Assembly: GCA_965217775.1 (NCBI GenBank)
Contig: CBDCJH010000002.1
Location: 1,536,001 to 1,600,000 of the forward strand
DNA length: 64,000 nt
Direction: 5' to 3'
DNA from: Acidobacteriota bacterium
Lineage (GTDB): Bacteria; Acidobacteriota; UBA6911; RPQK01; JAJDTT01
Part shown: positions 19,558-30,575 of the stretch, one piece after another
How positions within the stretch are numbered: position 1 is the first letter of the stretch
Layout of the letters: every line of letters begins with the position of its first letter
Translations under genes and position numbers: made by a program
The notes under the pieces: generated by a model
Told to the model about the DNA's origin: nothing
Databases searched by the model: none
The model's input: only the letters and a program-made list of their open reading frames with translations

Positions 19558-20394
19558 ATGGTCGAGTCCCTGCTGAAGCGCTTGGATGAAAACGGGTGGC
19601 TCCTGTTGGAGGACGTGATTCCCGCGGACCGTGTGGACGCCGTCCGACGGAACGTTCTAGCCGCACGGGACCGCTCTCTGGAGACAGAGGAAGCCAAGCT
19701 CGTGGCCAAAGACGCCCGGGTCACCACCCGGGGTGGCGCCGTGGTGGGACTCATCAACCTGGACCAGTCCATCGCGCCCTATCTGGCGGACCCGAGGGTC
19801 CTGGCCGTCATCGAGCGGCTCTGGGGAGACTACACCCGGATCGTCTCCCTCGGCGGGCTGATCAGCGATCCGGGCCACCGGGACCGGGTGTGGCACGCGG
19901 ACTGGCCCTTCAACCAGACCAACGCCGCCCATATCCCGGCACCTTATCCCGACTCGGTCCAGGTCCTGACCGGGATCTTCATGCTGACACCCTTTACGGC
20001 CGAGACGGGGGGCACCTTCGTGGTGCCGCGAAGCCACCGCTCTTCCAACAACCCGACAGGAGACAACGGCGTCGACCGCGGGGCGCCCCATCCCACGGAG
20101 GTCCAGGTGACCGGGGAGGCGGGAAGCCTGCTCCTGTTCGACAGCCGCATTTGGCACTCGGCAGCTCCCGTCCTGAGCCGTGAGGCTCGGGTGGCGGCCG
20201 TGGTCCGATACGCCCCCTGGTGGATCAACCTGAATCCGGTGCTGCTCGGCACCGACGACCATTCCCGAATCGTGGCCGAAACCAACGGCAAGCCCTACCT
20301 GGTGCCGCTGGTCAAACGGGAAGTTTTCGAGTCCCTGCCTGATACGGTCCAGCCGCTGTTCCGGCATTGGGTTGACCGCGGAGCCCAACGATAG
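19558..20394 (+). CDS. Phytanoyl-CoA dioxygenase (PhyH) family Fe/2-oxoglutarate oxygenase
   Basis: WHAD (HxD), GGTFVVPRSH, AGSLLLFDSRIWH. Confidence 0.9.
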   Translation: MVESLLKRLDENGWLLLEDVIPADRVDAVRRNVLAARDRSLETEEAKLVAKDARVTTRGGAVVGLINLDQSIAPYLADPRVLAVIERLWGDYTRIVSLGGLISDPGHRDRVWHADWPFNQTNAAHIPAPYPDSVQVLTGIFMLTPFTAETGGTFVVPRSHRSSNNPTGDNGVDRGAPHPTEVQVTGEAGSLLLFDSRIWHSAAPVLSREARVAAVVRYAPWWINLNPVLLGTDDHSRIVAETNGKPYLVPLVKREVFESLPDTVQPLFRHWVDRGAQR

Positions 20395-20422
20395 CGCCAC
20401 CGATCGGGGAAATTCCCGCGAC

Positions 20423-22063
20423 TCACCAGAAAACGTAGAAAACGAGGGTCAGGGAAGCGGCCGTCACCACACTGGCCCAGAGGACGGGACGGGCCCACAA
20501 CGGCACGGCGCGGCCGTGCGCCTCGAAGGGAGAATTCACCAGATCGGGCACGCCCTGGCGGGACCGGTCCAGCCAGCCTCCAACCCGCCCCCGGGGCAGG
20601 GCAGACGCCGGATCCCGGCCCAGAATCAGGGAGGTCAGGATCATGGCCCCTGACGTGGCGACGATGCTCCAGACGTAGGCCGCGAACTTGTCGGTGAACC
20701 AGACCGGAAACAGATCCAGGCCGGACCCCACCAGCGCCAGGACGCCGTAGCCGGAACCGACCGCCAGGCCGACGATCCCGCTCCGCCGGTGGACTCGCGT
20801 GAAGACCCCCATCAGGTAGACGGTCATGAGAGGAATGACGAACACGCTGGTGACGCGGATGAAGAAACCGGCGATGTTCTCGAAGCGGAGAATAAAGGGA
20901 ATGTAGGCGAAGGAGGCGGCCACGACGAAGGGGGTCACCCAGCGGCTGACGCGGAAATAGTGGCTGTCTTCCCGGTCCCGGACGAAGAGACGGGCGTAGA
21001 TGTCCCGGGTGAAGAGGGCGGCCAGAGCCGAGCCGATCCCTTCGTAGGTGGTGATCGCCGCCGCAATCACTCCGGCCACCACGATTCCCTTCAGCCCCGG
21101 TCCCAGGAATTCGTTCACGAGGAGAGGGTAGATCTGATCGGGTCGTTGCAGGGTCTCGGGCCAGACGGCCCGGCCCAGGATCCCCAGGGTCCCGTTGAAG
21201 TACATCAGGACTATGGTCATCCCCGAGGCCAGGAGAACGGACATCTTCACGTCCCAAAGCGACCGGGCGCCGAACAGCTTCATGGTCTCGCTGTGGTTCA
21301 CGATGGGGTACGCGGCTCCGATGATGAGCCACGCCGCGGTCACCACCAGGGGATCGGGGCTGCCTGGCCGCGAGACGCCGATATGCAGCAGATAGCCGGG
21401 CAGGTCGGCTCCCCCCTTGAGGGCCAGTTTCTCCATGGCGCCCGACCAGCCGCCGGCCACGTTCCAGAGCACGGACCACAAGACCAGGACCCCCGTGACC
21501 ATGGCCACCGTCAGGAGCGCGTCGACCCAGGCGATGGTCTTGAGTCCTCCCCGGGCCGAGTACAGGGTGGCCATGGCCGCAAACGCCGCCACGGCGATCC
21601 AGGCCCAGGTCTCGTCCAGACCCATGACCAGCGTGAGCGTCAGTTGGAGGGAGATGGCGATTCCCGCCAGGATGTTGGTTCGGTACTGAAACTGCACCAG
21701 GGCGCTGACCACCCGGGCCGCCGGTCCGAATCGATACTCCAGGTATTCGGCGTTGGTGAACAACCCGGCCCGGTACATGGGAGGCAATACGAAGAAGGCT
21801 GCGATGGTGTACCCCGTCACCACTCCCAGCCACCAGGTCGTGAGGACGGAAATGCCCTCGACGTAGGTCATCCCGTTGACCCCCACGATGTCCCCGCTGT
21901 CGACGGAGGTGGCGAACAGGGAGATGGCCACGATCCAGAAGGGGAGACTGCGGCCGCCCAGGAACCAGTCGAGATTCGTCTTGGTTTCCCGCGAACGCAC
22001 CAAGCCGTAGCCGAAGACCAACAGGTTGAGGCCGAGGACGATGACCCAGTCTATGGTGGACAT
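20423..22063 (-). CDS. Sodium:solute symporter family transporter
   Basis: WFLGGRSLP, ISLFAT, EYLEYRFG, GGLKTIAWVD, LFTRDIY. Confidence 0.9.
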   Translation of the reverse strand: MSTIDWVIVLGLNLLVFGYGLVRSRETKTNLDWFLGGRSLPFWIVAISLFATSVDSGDIVGVNGMTYVEGISVLTTWWLGVVTGYTIAAFFVLPPMYRAGLFTNAEYLEYRFGPAARVVSALVQFQYRTNILAGIAISLQLTLTLVMGLDETWAWIAVAAFAAMATLYSARGGLKTIAWVDALLTVAMVTGVLVLWSVLWNVAGGWSGAMEKLALKGGADLPGYLLHIGVSRPGSPDPLVVTAAWLIIGAAYPIVNHSETMKLFGARSLWDVKMSVLLASGMTIVLMYFNGTLGILGRAVWPETLQRPDQIYPLLVNEFLGPGLKGIVVAGVIAAAITTYEGIGSALAALFTRDIYARLFVRDREDSHYFRVSRWVTPFVVAASFAYIPFILRFENIAGFFIRVTSVFVIPLMTVYLMGVFTRVHRRSGIVGLAVGSGYGVLALVGSGLDLFPVWFTDKFAAYVWSIVATSGAMILTSLILGRDPASALPRGRVGGWLDRSRQGVPDLVNSPFEAHGRAVPLWARPVLWASVVTAASLTLVFYVFW

Positions 22064-22102
22064 TTCAATTCAGCCCCTATTCCCGGCGGAGGCCCGCAGG
22101 TT

Positions 22103-23215
22103 TCAGAGAGCAGGCCGGCTCCGCTCCGCGTACCCGGTCAATTCCACGTACCCCTGTCCCAGCCGGACGCCCGTCGGCGTCTCGATCTTCACCGGACCCT
22201 CCCAGTAGGCGAGTCCCGGCAGGAGCCGGCTCACATTCTCGGAGTCGGGAAGCTCCGGCGTCACCATCATCTCCAGTCCCTCGTCCGGGAGTCCCACCCG
22301 CCACCCGGCGGGATAGCGGGCGCCGTTGTGAGGACTCGTCCAGGAGCCGGTGGCCCGGACCCACCACATCTCCGGTCCCAGGTACCGGGTTTGTCCTTCC
22401 TTGGAGATCAACGTCCCGTGGACGAAATCCGCCCGGTTGTCCAGATCCCTCAGAACGTAGAGCATCAGGTCGCGGCCGTCGTCCAACTGCAGGCTGAACC
22501 AGTCCCATCCGATCTGACGGGCTCCCAACTGATTGGAGCCGAACTCCTTGTCCATCCAGGAGACGCCTTCCACAGCGTGTTCCTCGCCTCCGATGGAAAT
22601 GCGGCCGCGGGTCGCCATCCGGGTGAAGCTGTAGTATTGGCTCGCGGAGCCGTCCTCTCCCCCCTTGATACTGTAGCCGTTGGGACCCTGAAAAATCGGG
22701 CCCTTGGTCCCACGCGTCTTGAGCCGGAAGGAAAAGTCCTGGCTCTCGTCCGAGGCAGCGAGGTCAAAGCCTTCGCCGTTCCAGTGCAGGCTCCAGCGGC
22801 CGGAACTGCCGGCGGGAGCCCGGCTCCAAGCGATGAGCGGCCCCGATCCGTCCCCGAATTCTCCCAACAGCGGCATGGCTCGATAGAGGATCTCGGAGAA
22901 GAGATGCCGCTTGCCCGTCAGGTCGGTCACGGCCGCGTGCCCCATGATGACATCCCGGGACGTCCAGGCGGAGTCCAACGGCGGCGACGAGGGCTGGAGA
23001 CCGACCCGGAAGAAGGTGAACTGGTAGCCGAACCGGCGCGGGGTCTCCTCCCCGGTCTGCAGGTGTCCCGTGAAGTACCACCATTCGGTGCGATAGCCGG
23101 TTCGGGCCCAGTGATCCTGGGGGAAGGACCAGGCGTAGTCGGGGCGGGCCGGCTTCCAATCGAGGGGCGCCCCCAGCAGACTCAGGAAAACCAGAGCTCC
23201 GGCAAGGAATGGCAT
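22103..23215 (-). CDS. CrtC/AttH-like lipocalin-fold secreted hydrolase
   Basis: FPQDH, TEWWYFTG, SQYYSFTR, WMDKEFGS, GWDWFSLQLDDG, YWEG, GYVELTGY. Confidence 0.9.
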   Translation of the reverse strand: MPFLAGALVFLSLLGAPLDWKPARPDYAWSFPQDHWARTGYRTEWWYFTGHLQTGEETPRRFGYQFTFFRVGLQPSSPPLDSAWTSRDVIMGHAAVTDLTGKRHLFSEILYRAMPLLGEFGDGSGPLIAWSRAPAGSSGRWSLHWNGEGFDLAASDESQDFSFRLKTRGTKGPIFQGPNGYSIKGGEDGSASQYYSFTRMATRGRISIGGEEHAVEGVSWMDKEFGSNQLGARQIGWDWFSLQLDDGRDLMLYVLRDLDNRADFVHGTLISKEGQTRYLGPEMWWVRATGSWTSPHNGARYPAGWRVGLPDEGLEMMVTPELPDSENVSRLLPGLAYWEGPVKIETPTGVRLGQGYVELTGYAERSRPAL

Positions 23216-23220
23216 CTGCG

Positions 23221-25743
23221 TTAAAGGTCCTCTCGGCTGAGCTGTGTCGCCGGTGTCCGGCTGGCCGCCAGCGCCGGGTACACGCTCGCCAGCACCGCCG
23301 CTGCCAGGATGGTCGCGGACTGGGCCAAGACCGTTCCCCACGGCCAGTGGACCTGGATGGTCCACCCGAAGTAGGCCCGGTTGATGACGAAGACCAGGAT
23401 GGCGGCCAGGATGATTCCACCAGCGAGACCGAGGGCGAGACCGGTGACGCCCATCCCCAACCCCTTGCCCACGAAGATCCGAAAGAGCTGAGACCGCCGG
23501 GCGCCGAGGGAACGGTAGAGGGCCAGCTCGGCCGACTCTTCCCGGGCCAGCACCAACAACGTCAATATGATCCCCGCGACGGCGATCAGCAGGCTCGTCC
23601 CCTGCAGCAGACGGGTGACGGCAAAGGTCTGGTCGAAGATCTCCATCACCTCCTGGCGCAGTTTCCGGTTGCTTCGAAACAGGAGAGATTCTCCTGCGTG
23701 CGCCGCCCGGAGGCGGTCGACGGTCTCGCCGGTGTCGGCTCCCGGCCTCAGGTAGAGGGCCATGCTTTGGACGGGCCCCGGACCAAAGAAATTCTCCAGG
23801 GTCTCCAGCCCGACCACGGCCAGTCCCGTTCCGGGCTGATAGTCGTAGTAGATGCCGGCGATGGGAAGGCTCACGGCACCCTCTGGTGTCGCCAATGGGA
23901 GGCGATCCCCCGGCTCCAGACCGCGCCGCCGGGCCAGAGTCTCGCCCACTAATGCTGCGCCATCGTCCCGGAACTGCCTGTAGACGGCGTCCGGATCCCC
24001 ACCCGCAAGAGGGAATCGAGCCTCTCCCCCGGGAAGTCCGGTCTCGACGCCGGCCAGAAAGATGCGCTCACTCCCGGATTGGACCGTCAGCCTCCGGTAA
24101 CGGTCGAAGGCCACGACATCCTCGCCACGAGACAATTCGGAAACCAGCTCCGGGCTCAGGGCGGCCTCGTCGCCTCTGCCCCTCCAGGACTCGGTCTTGA
24201 CGTAGACATCCGCCTGGACCGAGGTCTGCAACCAGACTTCCAAGGTTTTACGAAAGCTGCTGGTCTTGAGGGTCACGCCGACCATCATGCTGACCGCGAT
24301 GGCCAGCGAGGAGGCCGTGAAGACGGTGGTGGTCCAGCGCCCCGCCAGGGATCGGAAACCGTATCCCACGCCCAGCCCGGACAGGGGCAGCAGCGATGCC
24401 GCCCGGACCAGGAGGGGAGTAAACAGCGGGATGGCCACCAACAGAGCGATCCCCAGAACGAAGCCGGCCGGGCGCCAGTCCGCGGCGAACCGGTACCAGA
24501 CCGCCGCCAGCGCCAGAATACCGGTCCCGGCCAGCGCCAGGGGAATCGCCGACGTCCGCACCTTCTCCTGCAGGAGGCGGGAAGAGAGGAGCGACCTGGG
24601 AGGGGAGAGACAGAGGTCCAGGGCAGGGAGCAGGGTCCCGGCCAGCGCGGCGCCCATGCCGGCCGCGGCGCCCGCCAGGTAGACCCACGGCGGAACCTGC
24701 AGGGAGGTGATCTCGTTCAGGAGATAGACCTGCGTCAGAGTGGCGCTGACGGCGTCCACGTTGGCTCTGGCGGCCCAATAGCCCAAGCCGGTTCCCAGGA
24801 CGACTCCCAGCGCACCCACCAAGGCCGCTTCGAAGGTGATGAGGCCCAATAGTTGGGCTCTGGTCGCTCCCACGGCCCGGAGCACACCGAACTCGCGCCT
24901 CCGGCGCACCAGCAGCGCCTGGGAGCTAGTGTAGACGACGAAGCTGCCGACGAAGAGGCTGATCAGGCTCAGCGCCGTCAGGTTCAGGCGGAACGCGCTC
25001 AGGAGACCGGCCGCCTCGTCCTCTCTCTGCGTCGGAGTCAAAACTTCCACCGAAGGACCCAGGCGCCGTTCCAGGAGCACCTTGAGATCTGCGCGATCTT
25101 CAGCCGCTGCCTCGACATGGATCTCGTGCAACTCGCCCGGCCGGCCCAGCAGGCCCTGGACCTGGGAGATGTCCATGACGGCCAGCTTGGCCCCGGCCAG
25201 GGTCGTGACTCGAGCGAAGTCCACCAGGGCGCCGATGACCAGGCGGGCCTCCCGCGGGCCGCAGGAAACCTCGATCGAATCTCCCACCGACCAGCCTTGG
25301 GTCCGGGCAAGCTCCGGAGTCACGGCCATCCAACCGGGTTGGGTCAATGCCTCGGACGCTTTCTCCCGGCCCAGCAGCTTCAGACTCTCTCTCGAGGCCG
25401 GAGCAAGGAGATCGATGCCCATCACTTCCAGGAGCAATGAATCCGAGCCCTTGACCGCCACGTCCAGCCGGTAGACGGGCCAGGCTCCCCGGACGCCCCG
25501 GGTGCCGAGCACTTCCGGAAAGAGGCTCTCGTTCAGGGTCTGGTTCAAGCCCCGGACGGTGAGGTCCGCTTCCGATCCCACGGCCCGGAGGGCTCCCCGG
25601 AACGCGGCCACGGCGCTCAGGTTGATGATCTGGACCGAGAGGACCGAGGCGACGCCCAGGGCGACGCCGAAGACCGTCAAGGCATAGAGCGACCGGCCCG
25701 CCCGGAGGCGCGTCTTCAACGTGGGCAGCAGGTAGCGCCTCAT
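23221..25743 (-). CDS. ABC transporter permease (duplicated FtsX/MacB-type)
   Basis: GVALGVA, RRREFGVLRAVGA, IFDQTFAVT, VINRAYFGWTI. Confidence 0.9.
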   Translation of the reverse strand: MRRYLLPTLKTRLRAGRSLYALTVFGVALGVASVLSVQIINLSAVAAFRGALRAVGSEADLTVRGLNQTLNESLFPEVLGTRGVRGAWPVYRLDVAVKGSDSLLLEVMGIDLLAPASRESLKLLGREKASEALTQPGWMAVTPELARTQGWSVGDSIEVSCGPREARLVIGALVDFARVTTLAGAKLAVMDISQVQGLLGRPGELHEIHVEAAAEDRADLKVLLERRLGPSVEVLTPTQREDEAAGLLSAFRLNLTALSLISLFVGSFVVYTSSQALLVRRRREFGVLRAVGATRAQLLGLITFEAALVGALGVVLGTGLGYWAARANVDAVSATLTQVYLLNEITSLQVPPWVYLAGAAAGMGAALAGTLLPALDLCLSPPRSLLSSRLLQEKVRTSAIPLALAGTGILALAAVWYRFAADWRPAGFVLGIALLVAIPLFTPLLVRAASLLPLSGLGVGYGFRSLAGRWTTTVFTASSLAIAVSMMVGVTLKTSSFRKTLEVWLQTSVQADVYVKTESWRGRGDEAALSPELVSELSRGEDVVAFDRYRRLTVQSGSERIFLAGVETGLPGGEARFPLAGGDPDAVYRQFRDDGAALVGETLARRRGLEPGDRLPLATPEGAVSLPIAGIYYDYQPGTGLAVVGLETLENFFGPGPVQSMALYLRPGADTGETVDRLRAAHAGESLLFRSNRKLRQEVMEIFDQTFAVTRLLQGTSLLIAVAGIILTLLVLAREESAELALYRSLGARRSQLFRIFVGKGLGMGVTGLALGLAGGIILAAILVFVINRAYFGWTIQVHWPWGTVLAQSATILAAAVLASVYPALAASRTPATQLSREDL

Positions 25744-26420
25744 GCGGCGTCCAGGACCCCACTGTGGATCTGCCAAACGTCATCGGCCAGCCCCGCCAGT
25801 TCCCGGCTGTGGGTGACGTAGAGCAGTGTCGCGCCCTCCTGAGTCACCAGTTCCAGCATCAGTTCCAGGACGAGCCACGAATTCTCGTCGTCCAGGTTCC
25901 CTGTGGGCTCGTCGGCGAGAATGAGCCGGGGACGTTGCAAGAGAGCCCGGCAAATGGCGACGCGCTGCATCTCTCCGCCGCTCAGGTTGCTGACCGGATC
26001 CTCGGCGCGATCGGCCAGGCCGACCCGTTCCAACAACTTCAGCACCCGGGGTTCGAAATCACGTTGTTTCGCACCGGCCACCAGTGCCGGGAGAGCTACG
26101 TTCTCCCGGACCGGCAGGTGAGGCAGGAGATGGAAGAACTGGAAGACGAGGCCGATCTCGTTTCTGCGCAACAGGGTCCGGTCACGGTCCGAGAAGCGGG
26201 TCAGGTCCTTGCCCAGAACCTCGACCCGGCCGCGGGTCGGAAGGTCGATGCCTGCGGCCAGATGAAGGAGGGTGGATTTGCCGCTGCCGCTTCGGCCCAC
26301 GATGGCGACGCGGCGTCCGGGCGGCACCTGAAAGGAGACGTCGTGAAGCGCCGTCAGCCCTCCTCCGGCGGATTCCCCGTAGGTCTTCGAGACGTGTGAA
26401 AACGCCAGGATGGGAGTCAT
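25740..26420 (-). CDS. ABC transporter ATP-binding protein (LolD-like), intact copy
   Basis: [33 protein letters not shown]; ATGA overlap with the permease. Confidence 0.93.
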   Translation of the reverse strand: MTPILAFSHVSKTYGESAGGGLTALHDVSFQVPPGRRVAIVGRSGSGKSTLLHLAAGIDLPTRGRVEVLGKDLTRFSDRDRTLLRRNEIGLVFQFFHLLPHLPVRENVALPALVAGAKQRDFEPRVLKLLERVGLADRAEDPVSNLSGGEMQRVAICRALLQRPRLILADEPTGNLDDENSWLVLELMLELVTQEGATLLYVTHSRELAGLADDVWQIHSGVLDAA

Positions 26421-26458
26421 CTCGGTGCTTGGATCATGGATGGCTTTGTGGCGTTCCC

Positions 26459-26482
26459 GCAGGGGCGTCCCTTGTGGGTCCG
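26459..26482 (+). repeat. Degenerate GTAG-type REP (family A)
   Basis: GCAGGGGCGTCCCTTGTGGGTCCG. Confidence 0.5.
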
Positions 26483-26745
26483 TTTCTTGGGTTCCCTTGG
26501 AGATCATGCTTATCGGTTTGGATACCATTGGCTCCAAGCTTGAGTGCTCAGCATGAGATCATCCTGGCAGTCGATTGCCGGCATGTTTTTACCGCCGACT
26601 GCTAAAATACAAGGATCGCACCCATGGAAACACCTGTGACACACATCCGTGGTCCGCGGCGAATCCCCGCGTGATGTCGTAAATTGCCCCTCGACAGGCA
26701 CGGCGAAGCGAATGAAATGAACACCGGAATAATGGACCGCATCGA

Positions 26746-28662
26746 ATGCGGATAACTCGAATCAGTATCCGGAACTTCCGATCGATACGGCATCTCGTCG
26801 TGGACTTGGGGGAGACAACGGTGTTCGTCGGTCCGAACAACGCTGGAAAGACGGCAATCCTCGACGCGCTGCGCATCGCACTGACCCGCCGCTGGGGGCA
26901 GCACGGGACCGGATTCACCGAATACGACGTGCATCTTGACAGCGACATCGTTGATCCGAAGAACTCGCCCGGTGTGAGCATCGAGCTTAGCGCGGAGGAA
27001 TCGTTGCCGGGGGAGTGGCCGGATGCTGTCTCCCAAGCTCTCGGTCAGATTGTACAACTGGACCCCGCCACCGGTCTTCGCTCCATTGGACTGCGAACGC
27101 GCTGTGCGTGGAGCGAGGAAAGCGGCGCTTTCGAGCCGAGTTGGGAATTTCTTGATGCGGCGCGCATGCCGCTCGTCGGACGGAGCGCCCGCCGCGTCAA
27201 CCTGGAGCAATTTTGGCGCTATCTGCCGGTATTCTATTTGGGTGCGCTTCGGGACGTGGGCGACGAGTTCTCGCCCCGTTCGAAATTCTGGGGCCGCCTA
27301 CTCAAGGCGTTGGAGATTCCTGCCGGCCTGGAGGCGCGGGCACAGCGGGTGCTCGGGCTGCTCAACCGCCACCTGCTGCAGGCGGACCCGCGTCTGCGGA
27401 AGATTGCCGATACGTTGTCCAGTGCCACCAGAATCGCGGCCCGCGACCGGGACGGCAGCGTGGATTTGAGTATGGTGCCGCTTAAGACCTGGGATCTGCT
27501 CTCCAAGGCCGAGATCATCCTGCGAAACGAACCCGATTCTCCGTGGCTGCCCCTCCGGCGCCAGGGACAAGGGATCCAAAGCCTTTCGGTCATCTTCCTG
27601 TTCCAGGCGTTCGTCGAGCATCTCTTGCGCGAGCTGTACGAGCGGCACAGCGAACCGGTGCTTGCCTTGGAGGAGCCGGAGACCCACCTCCACCCCCAAG
27701 CCACGCGCACGCTATGGCGACACGTCAACAAGCTGCCCGGCCAGAAGATTGTGACGACCCACTCGCCGTATTTCGTCCAGCATGTACCCTTCAGGGATAT
27801 TCGTCTGGTCCGTCTCGGCAGGCACGGAACGGAGGTGCGATCTCTCCCGGCGAGTTTCTCTGTTGCGCTTCCGGACCTTGACGGACTCAATGCCGTGATG
27901 AACCAATCGGGCGGACGGCTGCATTACGAGAAGGCATCGGAAACCCTTACCGTCGATGGCGCACTCGACGAAAGGAGCTACCGCGCGCTGCTCAGGTGCT
28001 GCGGACAGCACGACGATCGGGCCGATCTCGAAATGGTGTTGAAGGATTTACGGGATCGGTCCTCCCGGTACATCGACGACGACGAGCTTCGGTCGCTTGA
28101 AACCTACGCCCTGCGCATGCGCGGCGAGATCTTCTTCGCCGAGCGTTGGATGATCGTGGAAGGGCAAGCCGATTTCCTGATTCTCCATGCGCTGGCGAGT
28201 GCGATGGACTACGACTTCGACGAGCACGGTGTATCCGTCATCGACGCTCAGAACAACGGCAATCCCGCCACGTTCGCAGCGCTCGCCCGGGCACTCGACA
28301 TTCCCTGGTTGGCCGCGTTCGACGGTGACAATGCGGGGCGGGGTTACGTGCAGGCCGTCGCTAGGCGCGGGTTCAGTGGCGAAGAACTGAGAAGACGATG
28401 CCGAACGCATGACGCCGGTGATCTGGAAGCACAGCTCGTTGCCGATGGGATTGCCCCGGAGTTGCGCGAAATCCTGACCGAATTGGGTGTCCCAGTTGCG
28501 GCCGCTACGACGGACGAAGCGCTCCTTCAGCGATTGAGAGGCGACAAGAAGACCGCTTACGCGGCGGCGCTCGCCGCCCGTTTTCGCACCGATCGGAGCC
28601 TGGTACAGCGTGCGCCGAGGGCGTTCCGGGCGGCCATCGAGCAGTTGCCGGGGCTGACGTGA
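26746..28662 (+). CDS. OLD-family ATP-dependent endonuclease (ABC ATPase + TOPRIM; GajA-like)
   Basis: IRNFRSI, GPNNAGKT (Walker A), LEEPETHLHP (Walker B), TTHSPY, TOPRIM motifs IVEGQAD and FDGD. Confidence 0.9.
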   Translation: MRITRISIRNFRSIRHLVVDLGETTVFVGPNNAGKTAILDALRIALTRRWGQHGTGFTEYDVHLDSDIVDPKNSPGVSIELSAEESLPGEWPDAVSQALGQIVQLDPATGLRSIGLRTRCAWSEESGAFEPSWEFLDAARMPLVGRSARRVNLEQFWRYLPVFYLGALRDVGDEFSPRSKFWGRLLKALEIPAGLEARAQRVLGLLNRHLLQADPRLRKIADTLSSATRIAARDRDGSVDLSMVPLKTWDLLSKAEIILRNEPDSPWLPLRRQGQGIQSLSVIFLFQAFVEHLLRELYERHSEPVLALEEPETHLHPQATRTLWRHVNKLPGQKIVTTHSPYFVQHVPFRDIRLVRLGRHGTEVRSLPASFSVALPDLDGLNAVMNQSGGRLHYEKASETLTVDGALDERSYRALLRCCGQHDDRADLEMVLKDLRDRSSRYIDDDELRSLETYALRMRGEIFFAERWMIVEGQADFLILHALASAMDYDFDEHGVSVIDAQNNGNPATFAALARALDIPWLAAFDGDNAGRGYVQAVARRGFSGEELRRRCRTHDAGDLEAQLVADGIAPELREILTELGVPVAAATTDEALLQRLRGDKKTAYAAALAARFRTDRSLVQRAPRAFRAAIEQLPGLT

Positions 28663-30575
28663 TGGACAATCCCCTCAAAGCGTCCCTCCAGGAACTGACC
28701 GACATTCAGCGCCAAGCCGTCGGTTGGGGCGACGGCGCCTTGCTCGTGCTGGCCGGACCGGGCTCCGGCAAGACACGGGTGCTCACTTGCCGCATTGCCC
28801 GGCTGCTGGATTCGTCCCGGGATCAACGCTTTCGTATCCTCGCCCTGACGTTCACCAACAAGGCGGCGAACGAGATGGCGGTCCGGGTGTCCTCCCTCGT
28901 GCCTGGACTCGAAGGACGGGCCGACATCGACACGTTTCACGGTTTCTGCGCACAGGTTCTGCGGCAGCATGGCGTGCATCTGGGCATCAAACCGGACTTC
29001 GCGATCTATTCGCAGGCCGCGGACCGGCAGGCGGTGATGGAAGACGCGCTCCGCCGCGGCTGTGCTCAGGCGGCGAGCCGCGAAGATACACAGCTTCTAC
29101 CGTTGATCGATCGCCTGAAGGCGCAACTCATTGCACCTGACCAAGCGGAGTCGCGTATCGCGGCCATGAACGGCGTCACGGCCAAGGACGCCGGCCGGGT
29201 TGCCCGCGCTTACCGCCTGTACGAGGACGAGCTCCGCCGCGCCAACGCGCTGGACTTCAATTCGCTCATCCTCGAGGCGCACCGGCTGTTCGCCTATCCA
29301 GCGATGGCACGACACTACCAGACCGTCTACCCGTACTGGCTGATCGACGAGTTTCAGGATACCAACGGCGCTCAGTACACGCTGCTGCGCCGCATGGCCG
29401 CAGTCGGTTTTCGCGAGGTCTTTGCCGTCGCGGACGACGACCAGACCATCTTCGAATGGAATGGCGCGAACGTTCGCCGAATCGGCGACTTGGTAGAGGA
29501 TTTCTCCTGCGACGTGATTCAACTGCCGACGAACTTCCGTTGTCCGCCGCGTATAGTCGAAGCCGCGAACCGCCTCGTCGTCTACAACTCCCGCCGCGTA
29601 CGGTCGAAGCAACCCGCCATCCCGGCCTCGGGCAATTCCTCGGTTTCAGCCGAGGGACAGATTCAGTGCCGCGAATTCGACACGGAAGGGGAGGAAGTTG
29701 CCGGAATCGCTGGTGAAATTGCGTCCCTGGACACCAATACTCGCGACCGGACTGCCGTGTTGGCCAGAAACCGTTTCCTCCTGGAAGCAATGCACAAAGC
29801 TCTTAAAGCGAAGGGTGTACCTGCGATGCTCACGATGCGTCGCGACGACTTCGCGTCGCCGCAGATGCGCTGGCTGGTCGCCTGCCTGAAGCAGATCAAC
29901 CGGCCGCTGGATCAGCGCAACATGGCTGTGTTGGTCGATGCGTTCGACAGGTTCGCGCCTTCGCCCCTGGATTGGGACGATCTTGTATCGCGATCGGAGG
30001 CCGATGGGATCACTTGTCTGACTGCATGGACGGATGCCGTGCGTAAGGCCGAGATGCCGCACCCTGTGGCCGAATTGGCTGACGTGATCGCGACGCTTGC
30101 CTCCGGGGGCATCAAGCTCGTTACCGCGATCGACCAGATTCTTGACCGCTTCGGCAACAACGATGCCGACCACGATCTACAGGACGATATCAATGCGTGG
30201 CGAAGGATTGAACGTGAGATCGGGGACATGCAGAGGCTCCCGTCGCTCGATCGATTTCTGCAGGAGCTGCAACTGCGGTCCAAGGAGCCGGTTCCGGTGC
30301 CCGGAACGGTATCCCTGACGACCATCCACGGCGCCAAGGGACGGGAGTTCGATACGGTGTACCTGATCGGCTTGGCGGAGGAGGTCTTGCCGTCCTGGCA
30401 TAGTGTGAAGAAAGGCAACGGCAGCGCCGCGCTCGAGGAAGAGCGCCGCGGGTGTTTCGTCGCCGTCACCCGTACCAGAAAGCGCCTGATCCTGTCGCGG
30501 GCGCGACAATATCGGGGATGGCCGAAGCGGCCTTCACGGTTTCTCCAGGAGATGGGCTGCCTCGGCAACCAATGA
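28659..30575 (+). CDS. UvrD/Rep superfamily 1 helicase (GajB-like)
   Basis: LAGPGSGKT, LTFTNKAA, IDEFQD, NFRC, TIHGAKGREFD, EERR...VAVTR; overlaps the OLD stop codon. Confidence 0.92.
   Translation: MMDNPLKASLQELTDIQRQAVGWGDGALLVLAGPGSGKTRVLTCRIARLLDSSRDQRFRILALTFTNKAANEMAVRVSSLVPGLEGRADIDTFHGFCAQVLRQHGVHLGIKPDFAIYSQAADRQAVMEDALRRGCAQAASREDTQLLPLIDRLKAQLIAPDQAESRIAAMNGVTAKDAGRVARAYRLYEDELRRANALDFNSLILEAHRLFAYPAMARHYQTVYPYWLIDEFQDTNGAQYTLLRRMAAVGFREVFAVADDDQTIFEWNGANVRRIGDLVEDFSCDVIQLPTNFRCPPRIVEAANRLVVYNSRRVRSKQPAIPASGNSSVSAEGQIQCREFDTEGEEVAGIAGEIASLDTNTRDRTAVLARNRFLLEAMHKALKAKGVPAMLTMRRDDFASPQMRWLVACLKQINRPLDQRNMAVLVDAFDRFAPSPLDWDDLVSRSEADGITCLTAWTDAVRKAEMPHPVAELADVIATLASGGIKLVTAIDQILDRFGNNDADHDLQDDINAWRRIEREIGDMQRLPSLDRFLQELQLRSKEPVPVPGTVSLTTIHGAKGREFDTVYLIGLAEEVLPSWHSVKKGNGSAALEEERRGCFVAVTRTRKRLILSRARQYRGWPKRPSRFLQEMGCLGNQ

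Noticed and set aside
20789-23224. Long antisense ORFs (also 1854-3488, 2995-5046, 8349-10385, 40416-42677, 46505-49009, 51844-53931)
   Set aside because: Shadow frames of well-supported genes in high-GC DNA, with no recognisable motifs.
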